Shown: one piece after another, positions 55,435-64,000 of the stretch
Layout of the letters: every line of letters begins with the position of its first letter
Position numbering within the stretch: the stretch's first letter is position 1
NCBI GenBank assembly: GCA_003663325.1
Contig: QMZT01000001.1
Span: 15,366 to 79,365 of the forward strand
DNA length: 64,000 nt
Direction of reading: 5' to 3'
Source: Candidatus Aenigmatarchaeota archaeon
Lineage (GTDB): Archaea > Aenigmatarchaeota > Aenigmatarchaeia > QMZP01 > QMZT01
The notes under the pieces: generated by a model
The model's database searches: none
Told to the model about the DNA's origin: nothing
What the model saw: only the letters and a program-made list of their open reading frames with translations
Translations under genes and position numbers: made by a program

Positions 55435-56365
55435 GCTTGGGGATGTTTATGATCTTATTATAATAGGATGTGGCCCTGCAGGGCTAAGTGCAGCACTTAC
55501 AGCTTGCTATTTAAAGCTTAAGCATATAGTGCTTGAGGCAAATATAGCTGGTGGTGCCCCTATACAAGCCTATCCTTGGAAGATGGTGGACTCTTTTTTG
55601 GGCTTTAAAGATGCTAAAGGGAGCAAGGTTGCAAAGATTATGGTAGAGCATGTGAAAAAAGAAGGTAGTGAGATAAAGGAAGGAGAGGAGGTAAAGGAAA
55701 TAAGAAAAAACAAAGGTGTGTTTGAGGTCTTAACAGAAAAAAACGTGTATAAAGCAAGATGTGTACTTATTGCAACAGGAACTATAGGGACGCCCAGAAA
55801 ATTGGGAATAAAAGGTGAGGCTAACGTTCATGTTCATTACTCTATACGTGACCCTTCTGAGTTTAAGGGAAAAACCGTTATTGTTGTTGGTGGTGGTGAC
55901 TCTGCTGTAGAAGCTGCGCTTGCGCTTAAAGGATGTGGTGCAGATGTAACACTTATCCATAGAAGAGACGAATTGAGGGCAAGTGAAAAAAACAAAGAGG
56001 AAATAAAGAGGAGTGGTATAGAGATTCTTTGGAACACAGAGCTTAAAGAGGTTATCGGCGATGATAAAATAGAGAAGGTATTGCTTTACAACAATAAAAG
56101 TGGTGCTGTGAGCCAAAAAAAGGTTAGTGATGTATTTATTTTTATAGGATCTGTATTAAACACAGACTTCATAAAAAATCTGGGCATAAAGATGGAGGAG
56201 AACAAAGTTTTGGTGGATAGGGATATGAAGACAAGTGTAGATGGGGTGTATGCAGCTGGCGATATAACAGGGATATTGAAAAGAATACCAGAGGCTATAG
56301 GAGAGGGTCACCTCGCTGTATACTCTATATTTAAATATTTAAGGCAACCATATTGGGCAAAGTGA
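55424..56365 (+). CDS. Thioredoxin-reductase-like FAD/NAD(P)H oxidoreductase lacking CxxC
   Basis: GCGPAG, VGGGDSAVE, HRR, YAAGD; HVHYSI at the usual CxxC position. Confidence 0.85.
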   Translation: MKNELGDVYDLIIIGCGPAGLSAALTACYLKLKHIVLEANIAGGAPIQAYPWKMVDSFLGFKDAKGSKVAKIMVEHVKKEGSEIKEGEEVKEIRKNKGVFEVLTEKNVYKARCVLIATGTIGTPRKLGIKGEANVHVHYSIRDPSEFKGKTVIVVGGGDSAVEAALALKGCGADVTLIHRRDELRASEKNKEEIKRSGIEILWNTELKEVIGDDKIEKVLLYNNKSGAVSQKKVSDVFIFIGSVLNTDFIKNLGIKMEENKVLVDRDMKTSVDGVYAAGDITGILKRIPEAIGEGHLAVYSIFKYLRQPYWAK

Positions 56366-56369
56366 TAAA

Positions 56370-56867
56370 ATGAAGATCATTATGGCGTTCAGCAGTGGCG
56401 ATAATAGTGCTGAAGCTATCATAGACCTCTTACTAAGCAGGAGCAAGAAAAAGTTTTATAATGTAAAATTGAGCGATGTATCAAAGGTGAAAAGCTTCGA
56501 TATCTTTGAGCTTGCCTCTCTTAAGGTGCCAGATGTTGTTACTGAAAAGCTTGAAAACAGGGTATCGGAGATGATTAGAAAGGGTAAAAAGCACTTAATT
56601 ATTAGCGGTCAGCTTTCTATCATAACGAAGTATGGATATGTGCCACTAATAAACATAGAGGGATGTAAAAATCTAAACCCGTGGATGATAATATTTTTTG
56701 ATATAATAGGAAGTGATAGCAGGGGTGATCAGCAAAGTATGGATAGGCAGTATGCCCTTTTATTATCAACAATAACAGAATCCTTTTTAAAGACTATAAA
56801 GGTTGATATTAAAAATATAAATAAATCCATTAAAGAATTAAGCAATATTATAAAGGAGATGGTTTAA
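56370..56867 (+). CDS. Degenerate archaeal adenylate kinase (AdkA)-like protein
   Basis: SIITKYGYVP, LNPWMIIF and QQSMDRQYA..STIT resemble AdkA; no P-loop; upstream of DUF106, as adkA often is. Confidence 0.55.
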   Translation: MKIIMAFSSGDNSAEAIIDLLLSRSKKKFYNVKLSDVSKVKSFDIFELASLKVPDVVTEKLENRVSEMIRKGKKHLIISGQLSIITKYGYVPLINIEGCKNLNPWMIIFFDIIGSDSRGDQQSMDRQYALLLSTITESFLKTIKVDIKNINKSIKELSNIIKEMV

Positions 56868-57286
56868 TGACACAAATTCTTGAGCTCACCATTTTGTCCA
56901 TAGTGATATCATTTATTACGATGTTAATATACAGGCTCATGACCGATCCAAAGAAGATGAAAGAAATAAAGGATAACCTCTCCCATTACAAAAAACTTTT
57001 TAACAAGGCACAAAAAAGCAACGATATGGAGAAGGCACAGAAATATATGGGGGAGATCATGAAGCTTAATCAACACATTCTAAGGATTAATATGAGGCCT
57101 ATGCTCATTTCAATGATAATTGTTATATTAGCAATCACGTATTTGGGTAATGTATATAAAGGCATAACTATAGCATTGCCTTTTAGCTTGCCGTTTCTTG
57201 GTAAAGAGATCGGCTGGTTCTGGTGGTATGTAATTGTTTCTTTCTCTTCAACGCTTGTGATAAGGAATATACTTGGTGTTGAATAG
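56867..57286 (+). CDS. DUF106/EMC3/TMCO1 (Oxa1 superfamily) membrane insertase
   Basis: TM, coiled coil, MRPM, TM; GWFWWYVIVS. Confidence 0.88.
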   Translation: MTQILELTILSIVISFITMLIYRLMTDPKKMKEIKDNLSHYKKLFNKAQKSNDMEKAQKYMGEIMKLNQHILRINMRPMLISMIIVILAITYLGNVYKGITIALPFSLPFLGKEIGWFWWYVIVSFSSTLVIRNILGVE

Positions 57287-57295
57287 CTTATATAA

Positions 57296-58996
57296 TTACA
57301 TTCTAGAGTATATAGCATAAAGGATTACATAATAGATTATAATATAAATGCCTGTATACGCAATATCTATGAATATTTCATACCAATTTAGCGTATAAAA
57401 CATGAATCTTTCCAAAATTCTTATTGAGAGCGAGAGTGGCATATATGTTGAGACAGGCTTTATGTAATCTGGAAATGCTTCACGAGGGATAAAGATACCA
57501 GAAAGAAATATCATAGGTGTTACAAATATAAGAGATGCAAGTATGGTGGTGCTTTCAGTTTTTGAGAAAGAGGCAATAATAAGCCCAAGCAAAACAAATA
57601 TTATTATAGATAGCGAGCATGCAAAGAATGTTGTAATTATCATAGCTGGTGGCATATATATATTTAGAAAAATTATGCTCGAGATAATTACTAGTGGAAG
57701 GGGTATTAGGGATATGAGGTAATTAAAAAGTAATTTCTCGCCGATAAAAAACGCAGGAGAGACGGGGGCTATCTTTAATCTTTCTAGAATACCGGAAATA
57801 CGCAGCCTTATAAATGATATGGATGAAAGGAATGTTGAGATGAGCATAAATATGATTATAAGAATACCTGGATAAACGAAATCTATAAACCTTCGCTCTC
57901 CGAAAAAGTTTACTGTATTAAATGTTACATACTCTGCTATCCTTTCGGACCCTTTCTTCTTTAGTAGCTCAATATACCTCTTCACGCTGTTTATCTTTAA
58001 AAGTATAATATACAAGTTGTCATTTATTTGATCTATTTCCCTGCTAACATTATCTATTTTCTTATAGATGTATTCAACATTTTCCTTTGCATCAGAAACA
58101 CCTTCTTCCATTTCGTCACCAAGCCTACCTATATCACCCTCTATATCTTCCTCTACGCTTCCTATAGATTCAGCAAATATGATAAGCTTTGTTAGGATTG
58201 TGCTTATATTTGCTAGTGTCTCATCCAGCTCTTTTGTACTTATATTGTAAGCCTTCATTATTTGCTTTGTTTCATTTAGTGTATAGCTTGCTTTGCTAAA
58301 CGAATCCCTGCATGTAATAAGCTCGTTTTTAAAAGAACTCATATTTTGCTTTACCACCGAGAGCTTGTATTCAAGTTCTTTAATAGCCAGACGAGAATAC
58401 AGTTTATCTATTGCTGTTTCTGTTACTTTCAACCTTGCCTTTATATCCTCAAGGTAATTTTTAAACAATTCTATGCGTTTCAGCATATATTCAATATTAT
58501 TCTCAACCGATGAGAGCTCATAGGTTATATTATCGGCCCTTCTTATCATGTAATTGACAACAGATTGTGTAAGCGCTCTTGATAATTGATTGGATATGGT
58601 TTCAAAATACGAAGTTATATAGATGCTCACAGGCTTCGTATTATCTACGTATACATCTATAACAGCTCCAGAATCACTCTCATTTACCAGCACACCACCC
58701 TTTATTTCTGATCTCTGAAGCAAGGCGCCTATCAGCTTTCTACATCCTCCCTTAACCTCCCTTACTAAAAACATATTGCTTCCAGAAACAGTTTCAAGAA
58801 GACTATCGTATATTATGCCTTCGCTGTGCCCTTCTTTACATATTACTAGTGGAACCTTGCTTGGCCCTGTAGTTATAAATGCCGTACCTATTATAAGTGT
58901 TATGAGTAGTGGGCTAACAAATATGAGCAGAAAACTTCTTATATCCCTTAAGAAATGTATAATGTCCCGGGATAATATATAAGCCAACCTTCTCAT
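57296..58996 (-). CDS. ABC-2 type permease with long extracellular coiled coil
   Basis: N-terminal TM, ~250-aa heptad region, FVYPG, FLSGIFIP..FP. Confidence 0.88.
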   Translation of the reverse strand: MRRLAYILSRDIIHFLRDIRSFLLIFVSPLLITLIIGTAFITTGPSKVPLVICKEGHSEGIIYDSLLETVSGSNMFLVREVKGGCRKLIGALLQRSEIKGGVLVNESDSGAVIDVYVDNTKPVSIYITSYFETISNQLSRALTQSVVNYMIRRADNITYELSSVENNIEYMLKRIELFKNYLEDIKARLKVTETAIDKLYSRLAIKELEYKLSVVKQNMSSFKNELITCRDSFSKASYTLNETKQIMKAYNISTKELDETLANISTILTKLIIFAESIGSVEEDIEGDIGRLGDEMEEGVSDAKENVEYIYKKIDNVSREIDQINDNLYIILLKINSVKRYIELLKKKGSERIAEYVTFNTVNFFGERRFIDFVYPGILIIIFMLISTFLSSISFIRLRISGILERLKIAPVSPAFFIGEKLLFNYLISLIPLPLVIISSIIFLNIYMPPAMIITTFFACSLSIIIFVLLGLIIASFSKTESTTILASLIFVTPMIFLSGIFIPREAFPDYIKPVSTYMPLSLSIRILERFMFYTLNWYEIFIDIAYTGIYIIIYYVILYAIYSRM

Positions 58997-59688
58997 AAAA
59001 ATTCACCATAACTCATAAATCTTTCTGCATTCATAACATCACCTTCATACACCATACAACCATTTTCCACAACTATGACCCTATCGCAAAGGTATTCTGC
59101 CTCTTCCATTATATTGGTTGAGATTACAACAGATACCCCGCTACTTTTTATAGATTTTATAAGCTCCCATAACTCCTTCCTTCTCGCTGGATCTAAACCG
59201 AGACTTGGTTCATCCAGCAACAATATCTTTGGGCCGTGCAGCATGGCACACGCTATATTAAGCCTTCTTTTCATACCACCAGAAAGATTCTCAGCGAGCA
59301 CATCTTTTTTATCCCATAACCTGAAATATTTGGCTGCGGTTTCTGCAACATCCTCTATATTTTCAACCCCGTAGAGGTGTGCAAAGTATTTTAAGTTCTC
59401 GCTAACACTTAGCTTTTCAAAGAAGCTGTTATCCTGAGGTGAATAACCTATACTGCTCCTGTACTCTTTGCTTTTAATATCAACATCATTACCATTCATT
59501 AAAATACGCCCCGAGTCTGGCTTTATTATACCAGCTATAACCTTAAGTATTGTTGTTTTACCCGAACCGTTATGCCCTATAAGCCCTACGATCTCCTCCC
59601 TATTCACAACCATAGAAAAAGAATCCAATGCCTTGAATTTTCTATAAAATACAGAAATATTTATAAGATGGAGCAAAGCGTTCATCAT
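58993..59688 (-). CDS. ABC transporter ATP-binding protein
   Basis: GHNGSGKTT, LSGGMKRR, LLDEP. Confidence 0.95.
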   Translation of the reverse strand: MMNALLHLINISVFYRKFKALDSFSMVVNREEIVGLIGHNGSGKTTILKVIAGIIKPDSGRILMNGNDVDIKSKEYRSSIGYSPQDNSFFEKLSVSENLKYFAHLYGVENIEDVAETAAKYFRLWDKKDVLAENLSGGMKRRLNIACAMLHGPKILLLDEPSLGLDPARRKELWELIKSIKSSGVSVVISTNIMEEAEYLCDRVIVVENGCMVYEGDVMNAERFMSYGEFL

Positions 59689-59727
59689 ATTTAATTTTAC
59701 TAAATAAAATAAAAAAAGAAAAAAGGC

Positions 59728-59955
59728 TTAGATAAGCTCTTGCTCCAACTCGCTAGTATTCTCGCTTTCATTTTGCAATTCACTCTCAAACAACTTATCG
59801 ATTTCTTCCTCTATATTCTCTTCATACCCCTTGTACCCCTTTATACTAACACCACTCTGTCCTTTCTTGATCTGTTCAGCGATCTGCTTTTGCTGCACAC
59901 AACCGCTTACTATCATTACTATTAGTAACAGAGCAAGCATCACTATTATCCTCAC
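59728..59955 (-). CDS. Small lipoprotein-like protein
   Basis: Lipobox-like IVSGC; acidic tail. Confidence 0.6.
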   Translation of the reverse strand: MRIIVMLALLLIVMIVSGCVQQKQIAEQIKKGQSGVSIKGYKGYEENIEEEIDKLFESELQNESENTSELEQELI

Positions 59956-59956
59956 G

Positions 59957-60832
59957 CTACCACCCGCTTCTTCTAGTTTGTAACCTTCTTGTTACATTTA
60001 TAACTCTTCCTCTAACCCTTCTAAGCCATGCAGGCATTCTTTCTTTAATTACCCTCTTTACTCTCTCTTTAATCTTTATTATTTTTGGATATGCCCTTAC
60101 AAGCCTTTCGCAAACCTTTTCGTCTGGATTTTTCTTGCAATACTCCTTCAGCTCTTCCCTGCACCTTACATCATCTGTTCTTACTGAACAGTATGCATTT
60201 TTCAATGCAATACATCTCCTATCATTTGGGTGTCTCTCGCAGAAATTCTTTATCTTTTCCCTGCATCCTTCAAGACTTGGATCATCACAGAGCTCCCTAC
60301 CTACACCCTTTATAGCTGCTTTACACTTCCTTGGATTATCTTTGCAATACTCTTTAATTTTGTTTGCAAATTCTACTGGCTTTAACCTTCTTTTATATCC
60401 TATTATGTAAACATTGTAGCGCTGCGTACCATTTTCTTCTATCACAAGATCTCCTGCCCAAACCTCGCTGTTTCCCTTTATATATGAGTCAAGGCTAATA
60501 GCTCCTACTGGACTACCGGCTGAATAGATAACCCCTGAGAATGTACCATTAGAGTAGGTTATATTCCTTATTCTGTATTTGTCTGCACCCATGTACAAAA
60601 TACCTCCAAGAGCTGATACAACCCTTCCTCTTAATCTTGCGACAACCCTGCCAGCAGAAATCTTCACAAGCTCAAAATCCATGGGATTATCCTTGCTTAT
60701 AGCTATTCCTTTACCTATTACTATAAGTGTGCCTATCCTTGGCCTTGCTTGCACAACTACTTGTGCCGCTGATAAAACAACAGAAACACTTAGCACTGCT
60801 AAAACAACCATTGCTATTAGCATCTTATTCAT
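59957..60832 (-). CDS. Secreted protein with Cys-rich repeats
   Basis: Signal peptide; beta domain; repeats YCKDNPRKC / FCERHPNDRRC / YCKKNPDEKVC. Confidence 0.65.
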   Translation of the reverse strand: MNKMLIAMVVLAVLSVSVVLSAAQVVVQARPRIGTLIVIGKGIAISKDNPMDFELVKISAGRVVARLRGRVVSALGGILYMGADKYRIRNITYSNGTFSGVIYSAGSPVGAISLDSYIKGNSEVWAGDLVIEENGTQRYNVYIIGYKRRLKPVEFANKIKEYCKDNPRKCKAAIKGVGRELCDDPSLEGCREKIKNFCERHPNDRRCIALKNAYCSVRTDDVRCREELKEYCKKNPDEKVCERLVRAYPKIIKIKERVKRVIKERMPAWLRRVRGRVINVTRRLQTRRSGW

Positions 60833-60925
60833 TTATTTCACCTATTTTATTATTTCTCTGCGACAGTATAAAAAGGTTTATTGAAAAAATTTTATGTGGC
60901 TTGTTAGCAAAGAATTTTTTATACG

Positions 60926-61783
60926 ATGCTTGATAAATTAATTATGAAGCTTTTGATTGTAACAACAGAAAAGGATAAATCATGCGAAAGGATAATAGAG
61001 GAAGCTGTTAAAAGAAAGATCATAGTTAGGAGGGTTTTTTACAGTGATATGTGTTTGCATAGGCTGGAGGCAAAAAATTTTACCAAGTTTGATTTTTGCA
61101 TATTGAGAGATCCCTATAACACAGGGAAAGACTTCTCCATCTATCTCAGAACAATTATGCGTTTCTTTAAAGGCAATGTATTAGATTTTAATACGTACAT
61201 GCACTATCCATTTTATGAAGACAAGCTCTTTCAACATCTTTTGTTTAGGGATATCGCAAGAATGCCTCGCTTTTGGCATTATAATTCCAATGTAATGGTG
61301 GATATAGACACATTTCCAGTTGTTGTAAAAAAGAGAATTGGAAGCAGAGGAAGGGATATTTTCTTGATAAAAAATGAAGGTGAGCTGAGATCGTTTTTAT
61401 CTGGAAAAGAAGTTCATGAGTATCTTTTTGAGGAGCGGATAAAGGTTAGGAAAGATATAAGAGTTGTGGTTTTGGGTAACAAGGTTATTGGTGCTGTGGA
61501 AAGAGAGGTAAGATTTAAAGAAAGAGCCGGCTACAGAGGTATTGGTGTTAAGGTATCTAGCAGATACAAGATTCAAAAAGATATGAAGGAAAAGGCGTTA
61601 ATAGTAGCTAAAAGGATGGAATGTGATTTTTGTGGAATAGATTTCATAGTAGATGATAATGGAAAGGGATACCTGTTAGAATGCAATGTTTCGCCACAAT
61701 TCACATCTTCAGAGCGTGTACTAAATATAAATATAGCAGGAAAATTGGTGGAGTATATAGTAGGAAAAATCAAAGAGCAATAA
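60926..61783 (+). CDS. RimK/LysX family ATP-grasp ligase
   Basis: EDKL, FPVVVK..GSRG, DIRVVVLG, GIDFI, LECNVSP. Confidence 0.88.
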   Translation: MLDKLIMKLLIVTTEKDKSCERIIEEAVKRKIIVRRVFYSDMCLHRLEAKNFTKFDFCILRDPYNTGKDFSIYLRTIMRFFKGNVLDFNTYMHYPFYEDKLFQHLLFRDIARMPRFWHYNSNVMVDIDTFPVVVKKRIGSRGRDIFLIKNEGELRSFLSGKEVHEYLFEERIKVRKDIRVVVLGNKVIGAVEREVRFKERAGYRGIGVKVSSRYKIQKDMKEKALIVAKRMECDFCGIDFIVDDNGKGYLLECNVSPQFTSSERVLNINIAGKLVEYIVGKIKEQ

Positions 61784-61793
61784 GTTATTGGGA

Positions 61794-62049
61794 TGGGGCT
61801 GCTGGGATTTCCGAGCCTTTCATATTTCTTTCCCGAGGGTTTCTTTGCGGAAGCGTTAGCTCCCGTAAAGAAAGGCTCTTCGAACCCAGGTATGCGGGTA
61901 TCCCTTTATCATCAGGCATGCTTCATTATACCCATCAGCGCTCCAGCATTTTTATATTTCTTTGGCTGAAGCCTTTCTTGAGGAAGCATTAGCTCCCGTA
62001 AAAAGGCTTCACTGGAGCCCGCCAGGATGCCAAGCTACCTCACAGCCCC
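61794..62049 (-). tRNA. tRNA-Trp(CCA) with two introns: 112 nt at 37/38 (61900-62011) and 71 nt at 59/60 (61808-61878)
   Basis: GGGGCTG/CAGCCCC acceptor; GCGGG-CT CCA G|A-CCCGC; T-loop intron has a clean BHB (TTCG/CGGA, outer AGCCTTTC/GAAAGGCT). Confidence 0.92.
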
Positions 62050-62200
62050 ATGTACGATTAACTTATTTTTCTGAATTTATTTAAATTTTTTAAGATATTA
62101 ATTAAATAGTGATGTGATGCCGTCCCAATGGAAAATAGAGGGATGAGGAAAGAAGGTTTTTCTAGTTTTGTTTCTGTTAAAGTGATAAAGGAGGTGAAAA

Positions 62201-62386
62201 ATGAAGAAGGAGGTTATAGCTGTAGATGAATTTACCTATGGAATATTTGGTGATAGCGAGCCAAAATATATAACAGAAGATGGAAAAGTATATATACCAG
62301 GTTTAAACCTTAAGCTGGAGCAGATAGAAGAAATTGGAGGAGGTGTCGAAAAGGGCGGCAAGACATATATACGTGTTAAATATTAA
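62201..62386 (+). CDS. Small hypothetical protein (61 aa)
   Basis: Strong SD GGAGGTG upstream; lies between tRNA-Trp and tRNA-Arg. Confidence 0.65.
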   Translation: MKKEVIAVDEFTYGIFGDSEPKYITEDGKVYIPGLNLKLEQIEEIGGGVEKGGKTYIRVKY

Positions 62387-62393
62387 GCGTAGA

Positions 62394-62520
62394 GGGCATG
62401 TAGGGTAGTTTGGATATCCTGAGGGCTTGCGGAGCCCTTGACCCGGGTTCAAAATCGAAACCACCAGCGGGTTTCGATGCATCCTGCAACCAATAAGCAT
62501 GGGAAATCCCGGCATGCCCA
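62394..62520 (+). tRNA. tRNA-Arg(GCG) with a 53-nt T-loop intron (62454-62506)
   Basis: GGGCATG/CATGCCC acceptor; AGGGC-TT GCG GA-GCCCT; CCGGG-TTCAAA|T-CCCGG. Confidence 0.93.
62440..62513 (+). repeat. 74-nt exact copy (opposite orientation) of 13808-13881: T arm plus T-loop intron
   Basis: GACCCGGGTTCAAAATCGAAACCACCAGCGGGTTTCGATGCATCCTGCAACCAATAAGCATGGGAAATCCCGGC occurs in both tRNA genes. Confidence 0.95.
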
Positions 62521-62521
62521 T

Positions 62522-63628
62522 ATGCCATGGAAGATGAAGGCTTTGGTGGATGATTTTTTTGTAAAAGAAATAAGCAAGGAAATTGAAGAAAGTGAAGATG
62601 GGGAGTATTTATGGTTTAGATTGAGGAAGAAGAATTGGGATTTTTATAAGTTATTGAAGGTTATGGCAAGAAGGCTTGGGGTCTCTATAAAAAGGTTTGG
62701 ATATGCAGGGGTTAAGGATAAATTTGCTGTGACCGATCAGCTCATCTCTCTTTGGAAAGGTAGAGAGGAAGAGGTGAGGAAGATAAGACTTAGAGATGTT
62801 GAATTTTACGGGTTTAGAAGAGCAAGCATGCCGTTAAGCTTGGGTTTGCTTAAGGGCAACCAATTCAAAATAGTAGTCAGAAACATAAGAGAGAAGGAAA
62901 TAGATAAGATCGGTAAGAATGTTGAGCAAGCTAAGAAGGAAGGGGTACTAAATCTTTACGGGGAGCAAAGGTTTGGTAGCAAGAGATATGTTAATGCCAA
63001 GGTTGGCTATTTAATCGTTAAAGGCAAGGTAAAGGATGCCGTTATTACTTACTTAACTGAAACAGGAGCAAGTGAGCCAAAGGAAACGAGGGAGGCGAGA
63101 ATGTTATTAAAGAATGAGCTGGATTTTAGAAAGGCTTTAAAAATATTTCCCAAACACCTTAAGTACGAGCTTGCAATCCTTAATCACCTTGCAAGGTACG
63201 AAAATGATTATGTTGGTGCGTTAAGGGCATTGCCAAAGTACCTAAGAAAGATGTTTGTTCACGCATATCAAACAGAATTATGGAATAAGATTGCAAAAAA
63301 GGCACACAGCGTAGCTGCGCATAATATAAAAATCCCAATAATAGGTTACGAGACTAATTTATCAAAATACAAAGAAATTGAGGGCATAGTAAGGGATGTA
63401 ATGGGAGAAGAAGGGATAGGGGCTGCGAGCTTTAAAATAAATCAGATACCCGAGCTTTCTAGCAAGGGGGATGAAAGGTACATGCTTGTTTTTCCAAAAG
63501 GTATAAAATTTAGCGTTGGAGAAGATGAACTGAACGATGGCATGTTAAAAGCAATCTTTGAATTTTATGCTCCTAAAGGAAGTTACGGAACTGTTATTGT
63601 TCAGCAATTCATGAAAAATGTTGCCTAA
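62522..63628 (+). CDS. truD: tRNA pseudouridine(13) synthase TruD/Pus7
   Basis: DDFFVKE, GYAGVKDKFAVTDQ, GNQF, YGEQRFG, FVHAYQ, KGSYGT; start moved to after the tRNA. Confidence 0.93.
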   Translation: MPWKMKALVDDFFVKEISKEIEESEDGEYLWFRLRKKNWDFYKLLKVMARRLGVSIKRFGYAGVKDKFAVTDQLISLWKGREEEVRKIRLRDVEFYGFRRASMPLSLGLLKGNQFKIVVRNIREKEIDKIGKNVEQAKKEGVLNLYGEQRFGSKRYVNAKVGYLIVKGKVKDAVITYLTETGASEPKETREARMLLKNELDFRKALKIFPKHLKYELAILNHLARYENDYVGALRALPKYLRKMFVHAYQTELWNKIAKKAHSVAAHNIKIPIIGYETNLSKYKEIEGIVRDVMGEEGIGAASFKINQIPELSSKGDERYMLVFPKGIKFSVGEDELNDGMLKAIFEFYAPKGSYGTVIVQQFMKNVA

Positions 63629-64000
63629 CATATACTTTTCCTCCCATCTTTCAATTTCTTCATCTGTTATCACATCGCTCCTGCGTTTATTTTTTCCTCC
63701 CCACTCTCTATCCCCTAGCCCAAAGATAGCACCACTAATCATGCCAAAGATGTGTGAAAAATGAGCAATAGGTGTTGGGTAAAATATACCTGTTATATCT
63801 ATAGCTATCCATAGAAGCGCAGCTATACATACGTACATGGGAACACCAAAAGCAAGCACAATAGTCTTTGGCCTGCTTACAGCGAGGTAACCAATGATAC
63901 CATAAACAATCCCGCTTATCCCTATCGTTTCTCTATAGAATATCACAGAGCCCAGTGAAGATAAAAATAATGAAGCCAAGATAATGCGCATGAATTTTGT
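63545..64000 (-). CDS. Rhomboid family intramembrane serine protease (3' part)
   Basis: GISG catalytic Ser motif; AHFSHIFGMISG. Confidence 0.85.
   Translation of the reverse strand, partial: TKFMRIILASLFLSSLGSVIFYRETIGISGIVYGIIGYLAVSRPKTIVLAFGVPMYVCIAALLWIAIDITGIFYPTPIAHFSHIFGMISGAIFGLGDREWGGKNKRRSDVITDEEIERWEEKYMLGNIFHELLNNNSSVTSFRSIKFKDCF

Noticed and set aside
48140..61783. RimK-associated protease and RimK ligase as one system
   Set aside because: They are 12 kb apart with unrelated genes between them; the sequence does not support linkage
61681..61992. 103-aa plus ORF
   Set aside because: Overlaps the end of the RimK-like gene and the antisense of tRNA-Trp; no protein features
62466..62493. 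Shared intron contains GCGGGTTTCGAT...CTGCAACCA, resembling a tRNA T arm and CCA end
   Set aside because: No proper T stem or acceptor pairing; the TTTCGAT is explained by the intron's own hairpin
13808..62513. 74-nt repeat pair as att sites of an integrated element or an invertible segment
   Set aside because: Both copies lie in complete, different tRNA genes in opposite orientation; the 48 kb between them is housekeeping DNA with no integrase
62303..62521. 72-aa minus ORF and the 28-aa N-terminal extension of TruD from 62438
   Set aside because: Both run through the tRNA-Arg gene and its intron
1..64000. CRISPR arrays, rRNA, transposases, alternative genetic code
   Set aside because: No spaced direct repeats, rRNA-like tracts or transposase motifs seen; conserved genes end normally at TAA, TAG and TGA

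Overview
A gene-dense, AT-rich archaeal chromosome segment. Archaeal markers include a histone, Rpo10, FEN1, NurA/Mre11/Rad50, uL1-uL10-P1, a SepF homolog, RNase P RNA and BHB-type tRNA introns. The compact layout and degenerate metabolic remnants suggest a DPANN lineage such as Aenigmarchaeota (inference). Two things stand out. (1) A tightly coupled 10-gene operon of pilin-like proteins (14046-18853, minus), including four micro-ORFs missing from the ORF track. Two members carry peptidoglycan-hydrolase domains with intact motifs (an M23 endopeptidase and a GH23 lytic transglycosylase). A type IV pilus ATPase/TadB/TadC module lies about 4 kb away. Together these form a candidate pilus-displayed system for attacking bacterial cell walls. 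(2) Unusual tRNA intron biology. An identical 53-nt T-loop intron sits in both tRNA-Glu(UUC) and tRNA-Arg(GCG), about 48 kb apart. tRNA-Trp has two introns that share a structured element. The anticodon introns of both tRNA-Trp and tRNA-Glu look like K-turn/box C/D guides aimed at wobble position 34. Also present: a 2724-aa Ig-repeat surface protein, a reduced RNase P RNA, a uL1-binding leader, degenerate HisB-like and AdkA-like proteins, and a decayed ArsR/NifX islet. No CRISPR array, rRNA or transposase was seen. All calls come from reading motifs by eye; no database searches were run.
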